Source: Epiperipatus broadwayi (lineage: Eukaryota > Animalia > Onychophora). Taken from it: a DNA stretch of 64,000 nucleotides. Positions 1 to 14,030 of the stretch are shown here, piece by piece; within the stretch, counting starts at the first letter, position 1, and every line of letters starts with the position of its first letter. The DNA is taken from assembly GCA_028023455.1 (NCBI GenBank), contig JAQFVV010000008.1:5022001-5086000 (forward strand), read 5' to 3'. A program made the translations under genes and the position numbers. Under the pieces are notes generated by a model. The model was not told where the DNA came from and did not search any database. It worked only from the letters and a program-made list of their open reading frames with translations.

Positions 1-161
1 GCAACTGACACCATTTTTATCAAAATAAAATTCCTGAAATTCAAAAATCCTAAGATTTTGAACCCAAGTTAAATTGCTTATACCAATCTAATAATTATGT
101 ATTCTAGTAATGTAAATTCTATTTTAATTGTAGGCATTTTGGGGCTAAGAATATTGAAGTC

Positions 162-277
162 CAATTTAATCTTCAATATTCAGACTACTTTCTGGCTTTT
201 TCCTTTGTAAATAAATTTCAAGTACTTATTAATAAAGGCAAAAGCCAGAAACTAGTCTAAGAATGGAAATTAAATTG
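162..277. repeat. Degenerate fold-back repeat with hammerhead remnant
   Basis: Arms 162-214 and 226-277 are imperfect reverse complements; right arm reads AAAGGC AAAA GCCA GAAACTAGTC T (234-258), matching the HHR remnant at 57774-57800. Confidence 0.6.
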
Positions 278-2828
278 CGTTATTATTTGCAGTCATTGAT
301 TATTCATGTATACTACAGATGGTACTAGAATAGGCAAAGGAGAATAGCTCATGCTTATTATTTTACACCTTAATAAAGTTGATTTAAAATTTTTGAATTT
401 TCTCCATGTTTATATAAAAAAAGAAATAGATTTTATTAAATTTTTGTGGGATTATAAGAAGGAAAAAATAATAAAAAAGATTAAATGGTCTTAATAATAT
501 ATTAAATAGAAATAGGATATGATCTGTGTAGACAAAACTCTATTGGGTGAAAAAAAGAAAAAAACAAATGTGTAGATGATTGTTGCTAAAGTGTAAAGAC
601 TAGAAGAGATTTTTAAAATGGTCCTTATAATGTATATACAAATTAGCCTTTTATTGAAAACATGATCATGGTAGATAAAAGTTTAATAAGTAGAATATAC
701 ATTTTTTATATATTAGTACATAGTTGTTATTAATTTTGACAAGCACATCTATTATGTTTTATTTCAAAACTAAATCTTTTAATAAATTATGTTAAGAGGA
801 TGCAGATAAGGGTCACTCCCACTGATGATGATCGAGTGTTTCAATCATTAGTGTTAGTGTGCTATAGCCTGATTATTCACTCTGATTTGGGATAAAAAGA
901 AACACTATGTATTTGTACTATAAATACTTTTTTATAATATACCAGATCTATATTTTAATTATATAAAATTTATATTATGTAAGCAACTAAAAAACAATAA
1001 TGTGGCATTCCTCTTATATTTAAAAAATTATTAATTTAACTTCAATAAATATTGGGAAAAAGTCACTTTTAATTCTGTTGGATTTTATTAAGTCTGCAAA
1101 AGTTGAAATGGGTTTTTTATGATTTGTTTTTTAAAGTGATATTAAAATTAAAAGAATGGATCAGCAGATTTTGAAAGATTAGTTTCAAACTGTCCATGTA
1201 CATATTTGTTTTTGCTAGTTTTCACATTAATTTTAATTATGCAAAAGAAAAATCTATAAAATCAATCAGTAAATCTCTTTGTTAAAACTAAAATGTAAAT
1301 GAAACTAAGTTAATCACTAGAAGAAAATTTGATATTTATGCTTCAGATTGGTTGTAAAATTACTGGTGGAAATGTAAGACTGGAAATAGCTTTGATTTAA
1401 TTACATTTGCAGCCTGCTGTTGTAAAAATTGTGATTGGTTTTGACTGTCTGTGTCACATTTATCAGAATTAACATCATAGTTAATGGTTTCCACAATAAA
1501 CTGGTACAATGCATTTGTCAGTTAATTTGCTTAGATATTGTTATTTTCAATTAAATTTTAGCTTTCTTAAATAATATTTAATAAAAAAAATTGAAATGCT
1601 TTAGTTTGAAAAAAAAAAAGAAATAAAAATAAAAACATTAAAACGATTAATCTCTTTAAAATTTTGAATGTAATAACTTTAATGTAATATATATATATAT
1701 ATATATATACTATTAATAATTTTCACTATGTTTAATGATTATAGAAAATTGATACCTACTTCTCTAGAGGTAAAGAATGTATCATATTACAATTACTACT
1801 TGTTTTAGTGATCAGAATATCAATGTTTTGCTGAATAATTCAGATTGTTTGGAAAAAATTCCAATTATTGTTAAGAAATTCTCAGCTCCCTGAAAAAAAT
1901 TTTCAATTCCACTATCGATTTGGAAATCAATTTTGTGACTTGCAGACTATTATGTTGACTACATAATTCTCTAATATACAGTTGTATTTCTTAATTCATT
2001 GCTATTGCACATTATTCCTCAGAAAGTATCAAAAATTAAATATACTGGTTTGCAAATAATAGCATATAGTTTACTTAAGAAATTGACTCTTATTAAGCGC
2101 AATGTCAGCAAGTATTTTTTTTTGTAGAGGTCTCTCTTGTAACAAATTAAGCACTCAAGATGCATGTACTAAGGTTTTAGCTATATTTAAGTACTAAGAA
2201 ATTGACATGCATTTAAATTATTGTTTATACTATTTTTAAAATATAATTTGAATACCTTATATTATATGCATTTTTAATATTTAAAAAAATCATATTTCTC
2301 AAACTTATTTTGTACACTAATTGTATATAAACAAAAACTTATTAAGAAACGATATATATATATATTACTATTATTTGTAATTTCTATAATAAAAGCGTAC
2401 AACTTTTATTTAAACCAATCTGAAAAAAGACTTTGTAGAAACTAATAAATGGCACACAACATGTATATGATTGTTGCCAGCTTAATATTACCTACAAATA
2501 TATTTTTATAAAAATAATTATACATTTTTAACATTAAAACATATTTTTAATCTATGTCCTATTGCCATTGTTTCAAAATTTATTGAAAATATAGATCAGA
2601 TTTTAAAAATCTCTGGAGATGTTTTACTCTTTCATATTTTTTTCAAAAATTAGGGTATTGATTATATGTTATATACAACATCAGTTTATAATCTTACTAC
2701 TGTTAAGTGTAATGATTCAAGAAAACCAAAATGGAAAACAATTCAAAATCAGATTATATACTTTAATATACTATTGTTTCTTAAGAAATGTTTTGGTAAT
2801 TAATATTGTTATTATTAAAGGAGAATTA

Positions 2829-2945
2829 ATCTCAGATTTTCAAGCTTCCTACAGTCATTGGCTCCATCCAGTATAACCATTACACATGACCACATACATG
2901 TGAAAAATGTAAATGATCTCCAATATACATATATTTTTGTATTTC
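2829..2945 (-). repeat. Solo partial copy of fold-back family B
   Basis: Aligns by eye with 44767-44875 (cagattttcaagct...cacatgaccacatacatgtgaaaaa...aaatgat). Confidence 0.7.
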
Positions 2946-3797
2946 AATATTATTATTATCATATTTAAAAAAGCAACTAATATAATTTTTTCTTCTGGTT
3001 TAAACCACAAAGAATTAATAATTAATCAGCAATTATAATTTAAATTTTGCCTTATTTGGATTTGTCCTTATTTAAATTTAAAGTTTGTTAAATTTTAAAC
3101 ACATTGTTAAAAGCTTGTTTAACACAAAAAATTTATTTTTAATATTATTTTATTTTAAATACAAACTACTTTATTTATTATAAGTATTAAGATAGAAACA
3201 ATAATAATCTAACACACATTCACACACAAATCAAATCACCATATCTAAATAACATGTAAAGTCTTTTTGGCAGGAATATATTTAATGCTTGCCTGTGATC
3301 TAAGTTCTTAATTAGGAAATCAATCTTGGTGTGCATCTGTGAAAATAAAATATAATAAGATGCTGGCAAAACTACACATTATGTAGATAAGATATAGTAA
3401 TATTGAAAATATCTTTGCTCCAAGCTATAGTTACATGACATTGCACAATTAATATTACATATTAACTAAGAATTTTATAATCACAAGGTTATTAAATATT
3501 TTAATTGTGAGTTTTTAAGTAAAACAAGATGTCAACCCATATTTTTGATAAATGTACAGGTTTGAGGGCCTATTTACTGAAGATTGTTAAATTAAAACAA
3601 AATTAATAAATCAATTGTTAAATCTAACAAAATAAATAAATTCCAATAAATGTCATTAAGAAACTTTATTTCAATTTTTTTATTTATTTATACTGTGAGA
3701 AGTGAAGAGTCACTCTTAACATTTTTGTACTTTGGTTCAATTCAGAGAATTTCTTTCCCCCTACTCATTCTTATTGTAATTTTTTACCAACACAGAT

Positions 3798-4093
3798 TAA
3801 AGATACACAGAAATTATTACATGCTAAGCGCTTTCAAGGCCTTTTGCCTCATATTCATAGCAGTACTGTAAGCTGAAGAACGAAGAAATAGGGCAAGGAA
3901 ACAAAACAGTATATATTTCTTCGTTCTGCAGCTCACAGTACCACTATGAATATGAGGCAAAAGGCCTCGAAAGCACTTAGTGTATAATAATTTTTGTGTA
4001 TCTTTATAGCTTCTCATTCAAGTGTGTCATACGCTTTGTTAATTTTGTATATTAAATTATCGAACGAGAAGTCTTAAAATCTTTAATATCTTA
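3798..4093. mobile_element. Fold-back insertion (PLE-type) with hammerhead in both arms
   Basis: Inverted arms 3798-3890 and 3914-4006, 23-nt spacer, one-sided tail 4007-4093, flanked by direct repeat caacacagattaa (3788-3800 and 4094-4106). Confidence 0.8.
3942..3982 (+). ncRNA. Minimal type I hammerhead-like motif, A3-U8 core variant (mirror copy 3822-3862, minus)
   Basis: CACT ATGAATA T GAGGC-AAAAG-GCCTC GAAA GCAC TT AGTG: stem I CACT/AGTG, 5-bp stem II, GAAA, near-palindromic stem III (AGCGCT in the mirror arm). Confidence 0.6.
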
Positions 4094-5499
4094 CAACACA
4101 GATTAAGTAAATCTATGGTTCAATGCAGTGATTTTCTTTTCCCCTAATCATTCCTATTGTATCTTTTACCAACACAGATTAAATCTATGTCTCAATCTAA
4201 CCTTGCTAGTAATGCTATTTTAGATAAAGTTAAACCAATAGAGTTCAGAAAAAATATAATAACAATCAAGAAGTAACAATTTAAAAAATACCTCATCAAA
4301 ATATCCACTAGATATATCAAATAGCATCAGGACTAACAACATGACAATATAATTAACCCATTCTTTTAAAAATCTTAATGAATACTGGTGCAAAATATTT
4401 ACAAACAGTCTCTCTTCCACTATATCAATTGTCAGTATCATAGAAAACTATGATTTGTCTTCTGGCCAGCCACTATTGTTATGTCCATCATTATTTTATC
4501 TAGCAGACTGCAAAAACATGATATGATCAAATAAATTAAATCTACTGATACTTTAACAACCAGACTCATTCATGGGAATAGAATATTTAACTAAGCAGCT
4601 GTTAAGTGGAAACTGAAAATATTATCAAACTTACAAATTTTAAAAAAATCTACATAAATAAAGAAGCATGTCCACTCATACATGGCCACATATTATGCAT
4701 TCTCTACCTACCTTTACAGGAGAAATGCTATAAAAAAGCATAGCAAATATAGTTTAGCTATTTAATATATTGAGGGAATTCAAATAAAATATTGATTTTA
4801 AGATCCCCACAAATTCATGGAAAGGAATCATTAAGATGATACAAGGTCATACACAAGATTAACTTCATCATCACATCTTTATGATTCCATTCTAATCACC
4901 ATCAGCATTATATATCACCTACATTTATGTTTCAAATATTCTAGGTTGGATCATATTGTTTCTCAATGTAACACTGATTATTGCGGCAAACATTGCAAGT
5001 AATATACTGAATCACTGTGAAGTAATGATAAAAATCCCAGGTTAGGGCAAATGTATCCAAAAACACTTCACCAACTTCAGAAATAAGCACATTCATAAAC
5101 ATACATTTTTCTGGCCTTTCTATATACTGATAATATGTATTTGGAAGGAGATAAATTACAAGATAAACATAATAAAAAGACCAATGGCACCAAAGCAAAA
5201 CTTCAAACAAACTCATAACTCTGGTAATCCAATCCCAAGAGTCACTTATGGAACTACATTTTCACAAAGCCATAAACTGATCTGTCATTGACACTCAGGA
5301 TTTAGATCTAATTTCTAAATCCATGGATCAAACTGAGACACAGGATTTTGTTCTCATCTCCAATCATAATACCACATATAAAAAAAATTTCCAATAATAA
5401 GACAAAAAAATACATTTCATGCAATTGATCAAATCACTTCTTCAGTTTCTGAAAACAATAAAAAATATCTGATTCAGGTTTTAAACATGACAACAAAAA

Positions 5500-7290
5500 A
5501 ATGCTATAATTAATGCACATCATCTAAATTTTAAAAAGAATTACACAGCTAATTCAATTTCTAAAGAATCATTATTGTGATATTTTTGTACTATCAGAAA
5601 CAAATTTCATCATCAACTCAACTAGCTATCATTAATTCTTTAAATAAAGACCATTCTTTATACATAAACCAATCATAAGACCAATACAGGATGTAGGAAT
5701 TTTGGTAAGTACAAAAATTTCATTAACAAAATTAAACATAATACATATATGTATTAATGCAATCATCCTCTTCTTTAATCACTAGTCATGGCAGTTTAGC
5801 TTATATCAATATACTCAAGCCAAAAACAAAAGATGTAACCAAGACACTCCTCGTTGCTCAAACAAAATTCTTACACAGACCTGAAATAACTATAATGGAT
5901 TATATCCACATTACAATATAAACTTAATCAACTCATCTTGCTATGGCTTTTATTTTTATACACTCCTAGGGCAGTTTCATATATTGAAGGGCAAGGTTAA
6001 TTTTTCATCAATTTTTTTTATATCTCTATTTGATTTTAAAATTTCAGTCCATTTATCCAGTGCTTCATTTTCAGATCATACTTGTGTGACTCTCAAACTA
6101 TATGGATATCAAAGCAACACATCACACTATAAGTTTGTATTTAAATGACAAATTTCTATACAATTTAAATTAACTATAGATGGCTTTTCTAATACAACTA
6201 TTGCAGGTCCTCACTATTATTAGTTGTAATAATTTTCTCCAGTTGAAACTTGGTTAGCATTCAAAAAAATTTTAAACAACTGCCATTTCAACTGATTAAC
6301 TAGTTATCACTCAAATAATATCATAAAACAGTGTATTGAGGACATAGATACAACCATGTAAATCACCTTACAAATGAATGTTGCCAAAGCTCTTATATGT
6401 AGAATGTCAAATGAAGCAAACCAGTTGATCATAATGTACAACTAGAATGCTATAACACAAAGATTTAAAAAAATTAAATGAATCTATCAAAGTTATTATA
6501 TTAGATCAACCCCATCTCAAATCTTTGGCATTGTTATTCTATCAAAAGATGACACTTTCTTCTCAGTCACAAATATTGACATGAAAATTCCTTTGAGCAT
6601 CTAAAATTTAATCTAAAAACAGATAATCATATCTGCCCACTATTCACTACAGTACACCATCTACTCAAAAATTTTTATCACAAACAACAAATATACCAAA
6701 TAAGCATGCATTGTAAAACACACATCTCTCTAACTACAGATTTCTTCCCAGCTAATGTCTACAAGCAGCTTAACTATATCATAGTTTCTACTTTACATAA
6801 ATGTCACAATCAACTCTACTCAACTAATCTCCCCAACTTAATAATATTTTGTCTCAGAAAAAACAAATACAGTATAATTATTTGTAAACAACTTGAAAAT
6901 TATTATGCTTGAGAGTATTAATAAAAAAACTTTGCAAGAATAATTTTTTAAAAAAACAACTTATTTTGCCAAAACTATCAACTTCACATTACCCAATAAA
7001 AGGTTGCTTTGCATCTCAAGCTATTCTTCTAGTATAAAAATCAATTTTGTTTGCCAAAGAGAATAAACTCGTCAATTATATTTCATACCAAGTTGATATT
7101 AAAGCAGCTTTTAATCTAGTCAATTACTACACAAACATCTGTTTGAACACAGTAATCTGATGATTGCTATTCATAACTATACCACTAATAAATCAATTAA
7201 ACTGAAGAATTATATGCAACTGTCAACATCTTTCAAACCTAATGGTGGCATTTCACAGGGTTCACCACTTACAACATTGTTGTTTTACAA
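5500..7290 (+). mobile_element. Highly decayed APE-type non-LTR retrotransposon ORF2 relic (clade unresolved)
   Basis: Fragmentary RT motifs QVDIKAAFNLVN (7089-7124) and GGISQGSPLTTLLF (about 7232-7275); GVGILV-like endonuclease remnant near 5690; many stops. Boundaries approximate. Confidence 0.55.
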
Positions 7291-7920
7291 GAAAGGTAAA
7301 AACCCTTACCAGAAATTAAATATCCAATCCTCCCCAAAATGATGGACCATGGCTTCTCCTTCCACACATCCATTCCCTTATTAAAAACTTTAATCAAATC
7401 TTCTTTCCTTCTTTCAACCTAAGTTTTTATATCCCTTCCTTCAGCCAATAGATTAATAATTCAAAAGACTGCCTACCCTCTGATTACACTCCTTACACAG
7501 TGTACAAGATCTCATCCCCCAAACCTATTGCAATGCTAAATATTATAGTGAATCCCATGCATCTCTCTGCATTCATGTCTCTCAGCACAATTACATTTAC
7601 AAAAGAACTCTTAATATACCTGAATACAATTTCATCTTTTTAGAACACCAAAGGTCTACTGGCTATGTATTTTAACCATCTTCTTCTTCCATCACATTCA
7701 TAGAATGCTATGACTTTTAACAGAAAATCAAAGAAGTATGGCATATAGCTAACAATTCCTATGCTATAAAGTGAAAGGAAGCATGCTTTTCTTTCTCCAA
7801 AAAATAACTTTCTAATCTACTTTGCGTACATTTAAATATTTATTGCATATATATTCCACTGTGCTTTCACAACGTTTTTGCTATGATTATGAAAAAATAA
7901 AACTTGAAAGTATTCAGCTA
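7290..7920 (+). mobile_element. Decayed 3' end of a Penelope-like element (GIY-YIG relic)
   Basis: TVYKIS...CNAKYYSESHASLCIHVSQH (7497-7590, frameshifted) resembles the PLE VYKIxC..C..YIGETxRxL..R..EH motif; HHR-like GCT ATGATTA T...GAAA GTAT TC AGC at 7880-7918. Confidence 0.55.
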
Positions 7921-8879
7921 ATTAATACAACAATTTATACTTAGCTTCACCATTGCCTGCATTTTAATGAATTTAGACATATCATTGTTATTTGTAATAT
8001 ATATATACATATATATATATATTACAAATAACAGATAATATAAGATATATATATATATATATATATCTTGATTAAGGAAATAGAACAATGCACACCTCAT
8101 CCTTTCTTGGCTTTCCAATTACTTTGTCTAAAATGTAATTATGATATCATTTAAATAGGGTCATCATTAACAGCACAAAAATGAATGTATTTTGTTTAAA
8201 AATGCTGTAACCCATTATGAAAGTTCATATAATGAATGCTATTCTTTGTGGAATACCTGCCTACTATAGCCATGAATGCAGCTTTTTAACAAGATCTATA
8301 ATAAACTTATATCTATAATAAAATCGTACATCTGGACTCATCTTTACATTTTCTGTCCATCAGAACATCATGCTTTCCTACATGCAAAAGAAGGCTCACT
8401 TTGATATGCCTCAGATTTTTTGTAACTTTTATTAAGACCAAAATGTATATTGCTACACTCCTCCTATAATGCCATTTTTTTTTTTAATTCCATATGTCAA
8501 ATGGTCATTTTTCACAGATCATGCCATTGAGCATGCTGATCTATTAGATCAATATAACATCAAATCTCTCATTGGAACATCAAAGATTTAATAAAATAAT
8601 ATCCATTCAGACATCTATGGACAACCCTGCCAGTTGCTAAAATTCTAACCAAGTTTCAAAACCTTTTTGCTTCTCAATCATAAGTGAAATTTATGTTTAA
8701 TCTATTACAGGGTATAAGCCAACCAAAATATTTAATAAGTAATTTAAGCTAAATCTTGAACCAGCAAGTGCTTTGTGCAATAAATATCCTGAAGAAATGC
8801 TACACTATTTTAAAACTTGCCTATATTTTTCATTTCTACACCTATTCATATTCCATAAGTGTACAGTTAACCTCAAGCA

Positions 8880-8882
<3 letters not shown>

Positions 8883-8938
<56 letters not shown>

Positions 8939-8945
8939 CTGAAAG

Positions 8946-8976
<31 letters not shown>

Positions 8977-8988
8977 CTTTCAGCCTAT
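8883..8988. repeat. (TA)n microsatellites with a 14-bp inverted repeat
   Basis: (TA)n 8883-8936; ataggctgaaagta (8934-8947) and tactttcagcctat (8975-8988) enclose a second (TA)n tract. Confidence 0.9.
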
Positions 8989-11900
8989 CATCTATAATTA
9001 ATCATGCACTAAGGATTATATAGCTCACATGCTTTTCTATAATCTTTGACAATAAAGATACAATGTACTAAAAAAATAACAAAAAATAGTCTAACTCATA
9101 CCTTTACTTTCTCAAATTTTTACCAGGAACATCATGACTAAAACTTGGCAATCAACAACCTATCTCAGTTGTGCTCATTCATAACTTAAATCTTATTTCC
9201 ACTAACACTTTCCATCAGATTTCACTTTTGAAAAACAAATATTTGGACTATTCTTCAGTTTAGTTAACATGATTATGTAATGTTAGAACATATCATCCTT
9301 CACATTTGGATCACCCTTCATTGAAATTAAACAACTTATTGTGTTATCTAAATCATTATGGATGCAACATCATCATACTTGTTGTTCTATATAATATAAA
9401 TTTACTCTACTGTAAACATGTTAATATTTGCATATAGTTGTTTATTATCAATAAAGTTTTTTTAATAAAAAAAAAGTGTCAATATATTTGAATTAAAATT
9501 TTATTTAATTGCATACTTAAAGATATAACTTTGATATGATGATATAAGCATTTTATAGACATACTGTTAGTGGCTTTTTTTTTTCAATTTAATTTGTATT
9601 TTAATTTAATGATATTTTTTATAAATGTCATATTTTTATAATTTTTTTAATTTCCCTCTTCACACATCTTTTCTTCAGTGTCTTTTTTGTTTAAATAACC
9701 TTTATTCCTTACTTCTCCATTGTTACTTGAAGGAAATTAAGTGGCTCAAAACTCCAATGTGCTTCACTTGTCCTTTTGTGCTTCTTCCACATGAATAGGA
9801 ATTCATTTTTTGAATAATAAGAATTATATGTCATGGGGGAAGCATCAGGATTTTAGAGATTCTTACATGAAGCTGGTCAAAAAATATTAGGAGCCACTTC
9901 TATAGAGGAATGAAATATAGTTTTTTTTAAGACTGTTAATCTTTATAGATATATATTCCTTATATGTATAAAATATAAATAGTCAATGAGTTCTCCAAAC
10001 ATATGAATAAAGATAACTAAAAAATAAATGACTTTCAAGATGCATTTCATGCTAATCTTCATTTATCCAAGATCACAATTTCTTACACATATGCTCATCC
10101 TTTATTGAATATTTATCAATATCAAATTTATTACAATTTCAACTTCATATGTCTGTCTTCATAAAGTCATCTCTTTGACCTGTTCACTTTAACTAAATTT
10201 ATTAATGACCATTATTAGGAAGTTTGACATTTGTAGTTACAAATTGTAGTAATATATACATATATTGTAACTGATGAAAATGATAACTAAAGCTTTTTTA
10301 AAAGGTGCCTGACACTTTCTTAATTTAGCTAGTAAAAAGTTATGATGATGATAGTGATCATAATAATAATAACAACAACTTTTAAATATAAATAGAATAT
10401 TTATGTTTACTTTAAAGATTGGAAAAATAATATCTCAGGGTTATGAAATTAATATATAAATATATAAGTAGGAATAAACAAATCCTAATAATATTTATGT
10501 ATTGTTAGTATGGCTAGTATATTCTCTCTAAGTTTTCAAAATACATATAACAAATTATCTCACATTTTAAAATATTTAAATATGATAAATAGGATTCTTA
10601 CAATTTTATTATTCAAGTATATATCTTTATTATGGATATGGTCAAATAATAAAAGGTATTTTATTATATCTAAACCAAATCCTAAATCAATTGAGCATTA
10701 ATGGTGAAGTTATAAAAGCTAATATTAGTGTTCAATATTAATAATGTTTCTTCTAAAACAGTGCATCTTTAAATAAATGTAATATGATAATATCATGTGA
10801 CCATAAATTACCAATTACATGATAAATGCAAAATTATGAAAGACAAAATTCAGATAATTTAGTAAATGTTTACACAAAATAATAAATATGATAATAAACT
10901 GAGTTCTTATCAAATTCTATATCTAAAGATATCCAAAACTTTTATAAACTTAGGAAATTTATCCCAATTTATATTGTTCTAAAACAAACTGTATTTGTGT
11001 ATTTAGACTTGTTGAAGAATGTGAAAAACTCATCAGAGAAGGTTGTTAAGCAAGAATTAAGTAAAACCTAAGTATTAATTAATTATTAAGTAGCCAATGT
11101 AAAACTATGTTTTATTTGATCTTTCTTTGTTATTGTACAATCAATCTCTAAAAATTGGTATCTCTAGGATATAGCTTTTATTCATTTTTTTCAAAGATAA
11201 TAAAATATTTACCCTCTATATTGGACCATATAAATACAAGTGACATCATAAATTAACCTGACTTTAACTGTTTATATTTACAAATTACCAGAACTCCTTC
11301 CTTTTACTGTATCATTATAAAATACAATAACAAATATTTCTGACCATGGAGACTAAAATACTTTTAGCATAAGTACATGTGGCATTATAAAAGATATGCC
11401 AACCCAAGTTAATATTTATGAGTAAATTATAGCACAAGTTGTCAGGAACTATTCTCTACTAAACAATAATATTATTATATATAAAGTTTACAAAATATTC
11501 TTAGTACAACTTTTAATGTAAGGATAACTTTCATTTTAAAAATACTTTCAAATAATATAGTCCTTTAAATAGACATCTTAAAATAGTTAAACATAATAAA
11601 GAAACTGAAATTTTATTTTAAAAACCCATAACACATAGAAAATATGTAAAAGAATTATATATTTAACTATTAATTATAATAATCAATTTTAATAACAACC
11701 TCTCTCCAACACAAATACACATATGTACCTATGTCATCAATAATAAAATTACAAGCATATAACTTTCTAAATATTCCTGTTTACTTTTATTTTCCTTTTG
11801 TGAGAAATTTTTATTTTATTTCAAACAATAATAAATGTAATACATAACAATATATATATATATTATGTTACTTAAAGTTCCTTAAAAATCTTTAAGTTTT

Positions 11901-13487
11901 TGCAAAGACATATTTCAGAAATTTTATCCAAGCAAAGATTTTAAAACATTTTGAGGAATTGATTTAAATCCTTCAGCACTTTTAAAATAGAAATCCCAAA
12001 GAATGCTGTGAGAATTTATCCTTGCAAAGTAGGAAGATAACAGAATTTTGTCCTTTTCAAATGAATCTATTAGTATGATAAATATTAAGTGAGATCAAAA
12101 TAAGTATTTTTCTCCATTTGTAAATTAATATTAGACAATTAGTAATTTTCTCTGAAGAATAAAATTCACAAATGTCTATATTTTCTTTAGTTAAAACATT
12201 TAAAGAAAAGTTCCATTAATGAAGAAATTTGGTTAAAAACAAATCATCTAATAATATACAGGTGTGTATGTAATAATTATTTCCTTAATATTTTATTTCT
12301 ATCACAGTAGAAGATGAATAATTAATAGTTAGTGTTCTTGAAATAGTTTAAAATTTTCCATTTCAAAAAAAAATATTTAAATTCCATTTGTTTATGCATT
12401 TTATGAAGATGCTTCCGATGTTTTAGTTATTCATTTGGACCATCTTGAGAAATGTTTTTTCACAAGAGTAAATGATTGTAAAAATCTATTATTTTTTCAT
12501 CATAAAAATTAATAATGGTCAATATGTCTAAATTTAAATATTAGCATTGTGAAGTTTAATCAGCAGATAACTAGCAATAAAAGAGAAAGATTCCTTTTGC
12601 TTATTTATATTTATACGTTTTCCCCATGTGACTGATTTCATTAATCAAATTTCTTAACTTTTTACCTTTTTACATGAAGATTTTGTTATAATATCTAGTT
12701 ACCATATATAACGTTCTTTCAAGAAATTTTAGCATCCATTACAATAAAATTATTTTAAAATTGCAAATAACATTTTAAAATATATTTAAATAAAATATTA
12801 TATATGTCAATAAAATTAAATATACAGATTATAGTAGCAAACTAAATATTTATGTTATAAATATAATAATTTTATTTTATTTACCATTCTCACGATAATT
12901 GATATACTTATTCTAGATTTAAAATAAACTTGCCTAAACCTTTTACAATACCTACCCTTTAAATTTTAAATTTATCAGAGAAACATAAATATTCATGCAC
13001 ACACATACACATTCAAATATTATATTTTATGTTTTGCTATTATGTATACGCTAATGTAATCATTACTTTATAAATTCTATTTTAACTAATTTATTTACAA
13101 TATGATGTATTTTATCAAAATACTTCCTTCTTTTAAAAGTTAACTTTGTGCTCATGTGTATTTTTAAATCTAACTAGGAAACTGCAATTTTTAAAATTGC
13201 TACAAATATCTTAAAGGGTAAAAATATGAGACATCTTGGATTTGTAAAATTTTCCCTTATACGAAACTTGTATAACAATATTATCTTTATAATAAAGCAA
13301 TAAAAATATTGAAGTTATGTTTACTATTATTATTATTTTAGAGAGATCAAAAATCCATCATAATATATATATATATTAGTAAGCTGCTATAGATTTGGTA
13401 GAGTATTTTGAATACAATATATTAAAAGTTATAAATTCCATATTGCTAAAGGAAAAAAACTCATTTAAAATAAGAATAATAATGAAA

Positions 13488-14030
13488 CCATTGAACTCTT
13501 TTTTAAAAAATAATAATAATTGGAAAAGTTTCTTGTGGGTTTACTAGTTTAGGATGGAAGGAATTTGATTTTCTTTAAATTATACACTTTCAGGGCCAGA
13601 CAGTAACTGTCTACAACAAAATAGATGAAAACGATTAATGGTATTTAATATTTCCAGTGCTGTTGTTTTTTATTACTGTTATTTTAAATAAAGACAATTT
13701 TATAATATTTCCACTTTATTTGTTAATTTTTTTTTCTATTAACTGAAATGATTTTACTGGTAAATACACAAGTGTCTTATTTTTTTAAAATAAATGCTAA
13801 GAATTGATTTTTTAAAATAAAAAAAAAAGTTTATCATTACGTGAGAGATGACTGGATCATAGTGGAAAAAAGATAATACTTCATTACTGTAGTATTTTTT
13901 TTTTTTAATTTTTGAAAAGAAAAATTAGTTATTTACTACAATAGCTGTAATTGAAAAAATATGTAGATAAGATATGGATATAATAAACATATATTATAAT
14001 TTCCAACTGGACTGCCCTATTGTTAATGCC
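13488..14030 (+). repeat. About 540-bp repeat, inverted partner of 19795-20335
   Basis: Continuous by-eye alignment with the reverse complement of 19795-20335 (e.g. ggtatttaatatttccagtg, aaataaatgctaagaattgatttt, atttccaactgga). Confidence 0.85.

Noticed and set aside
820-857. CTGATGA followed by a hairpin
   Set aside because: No GAAA or stem III follows; it is only a small imperfect inverted repeat.
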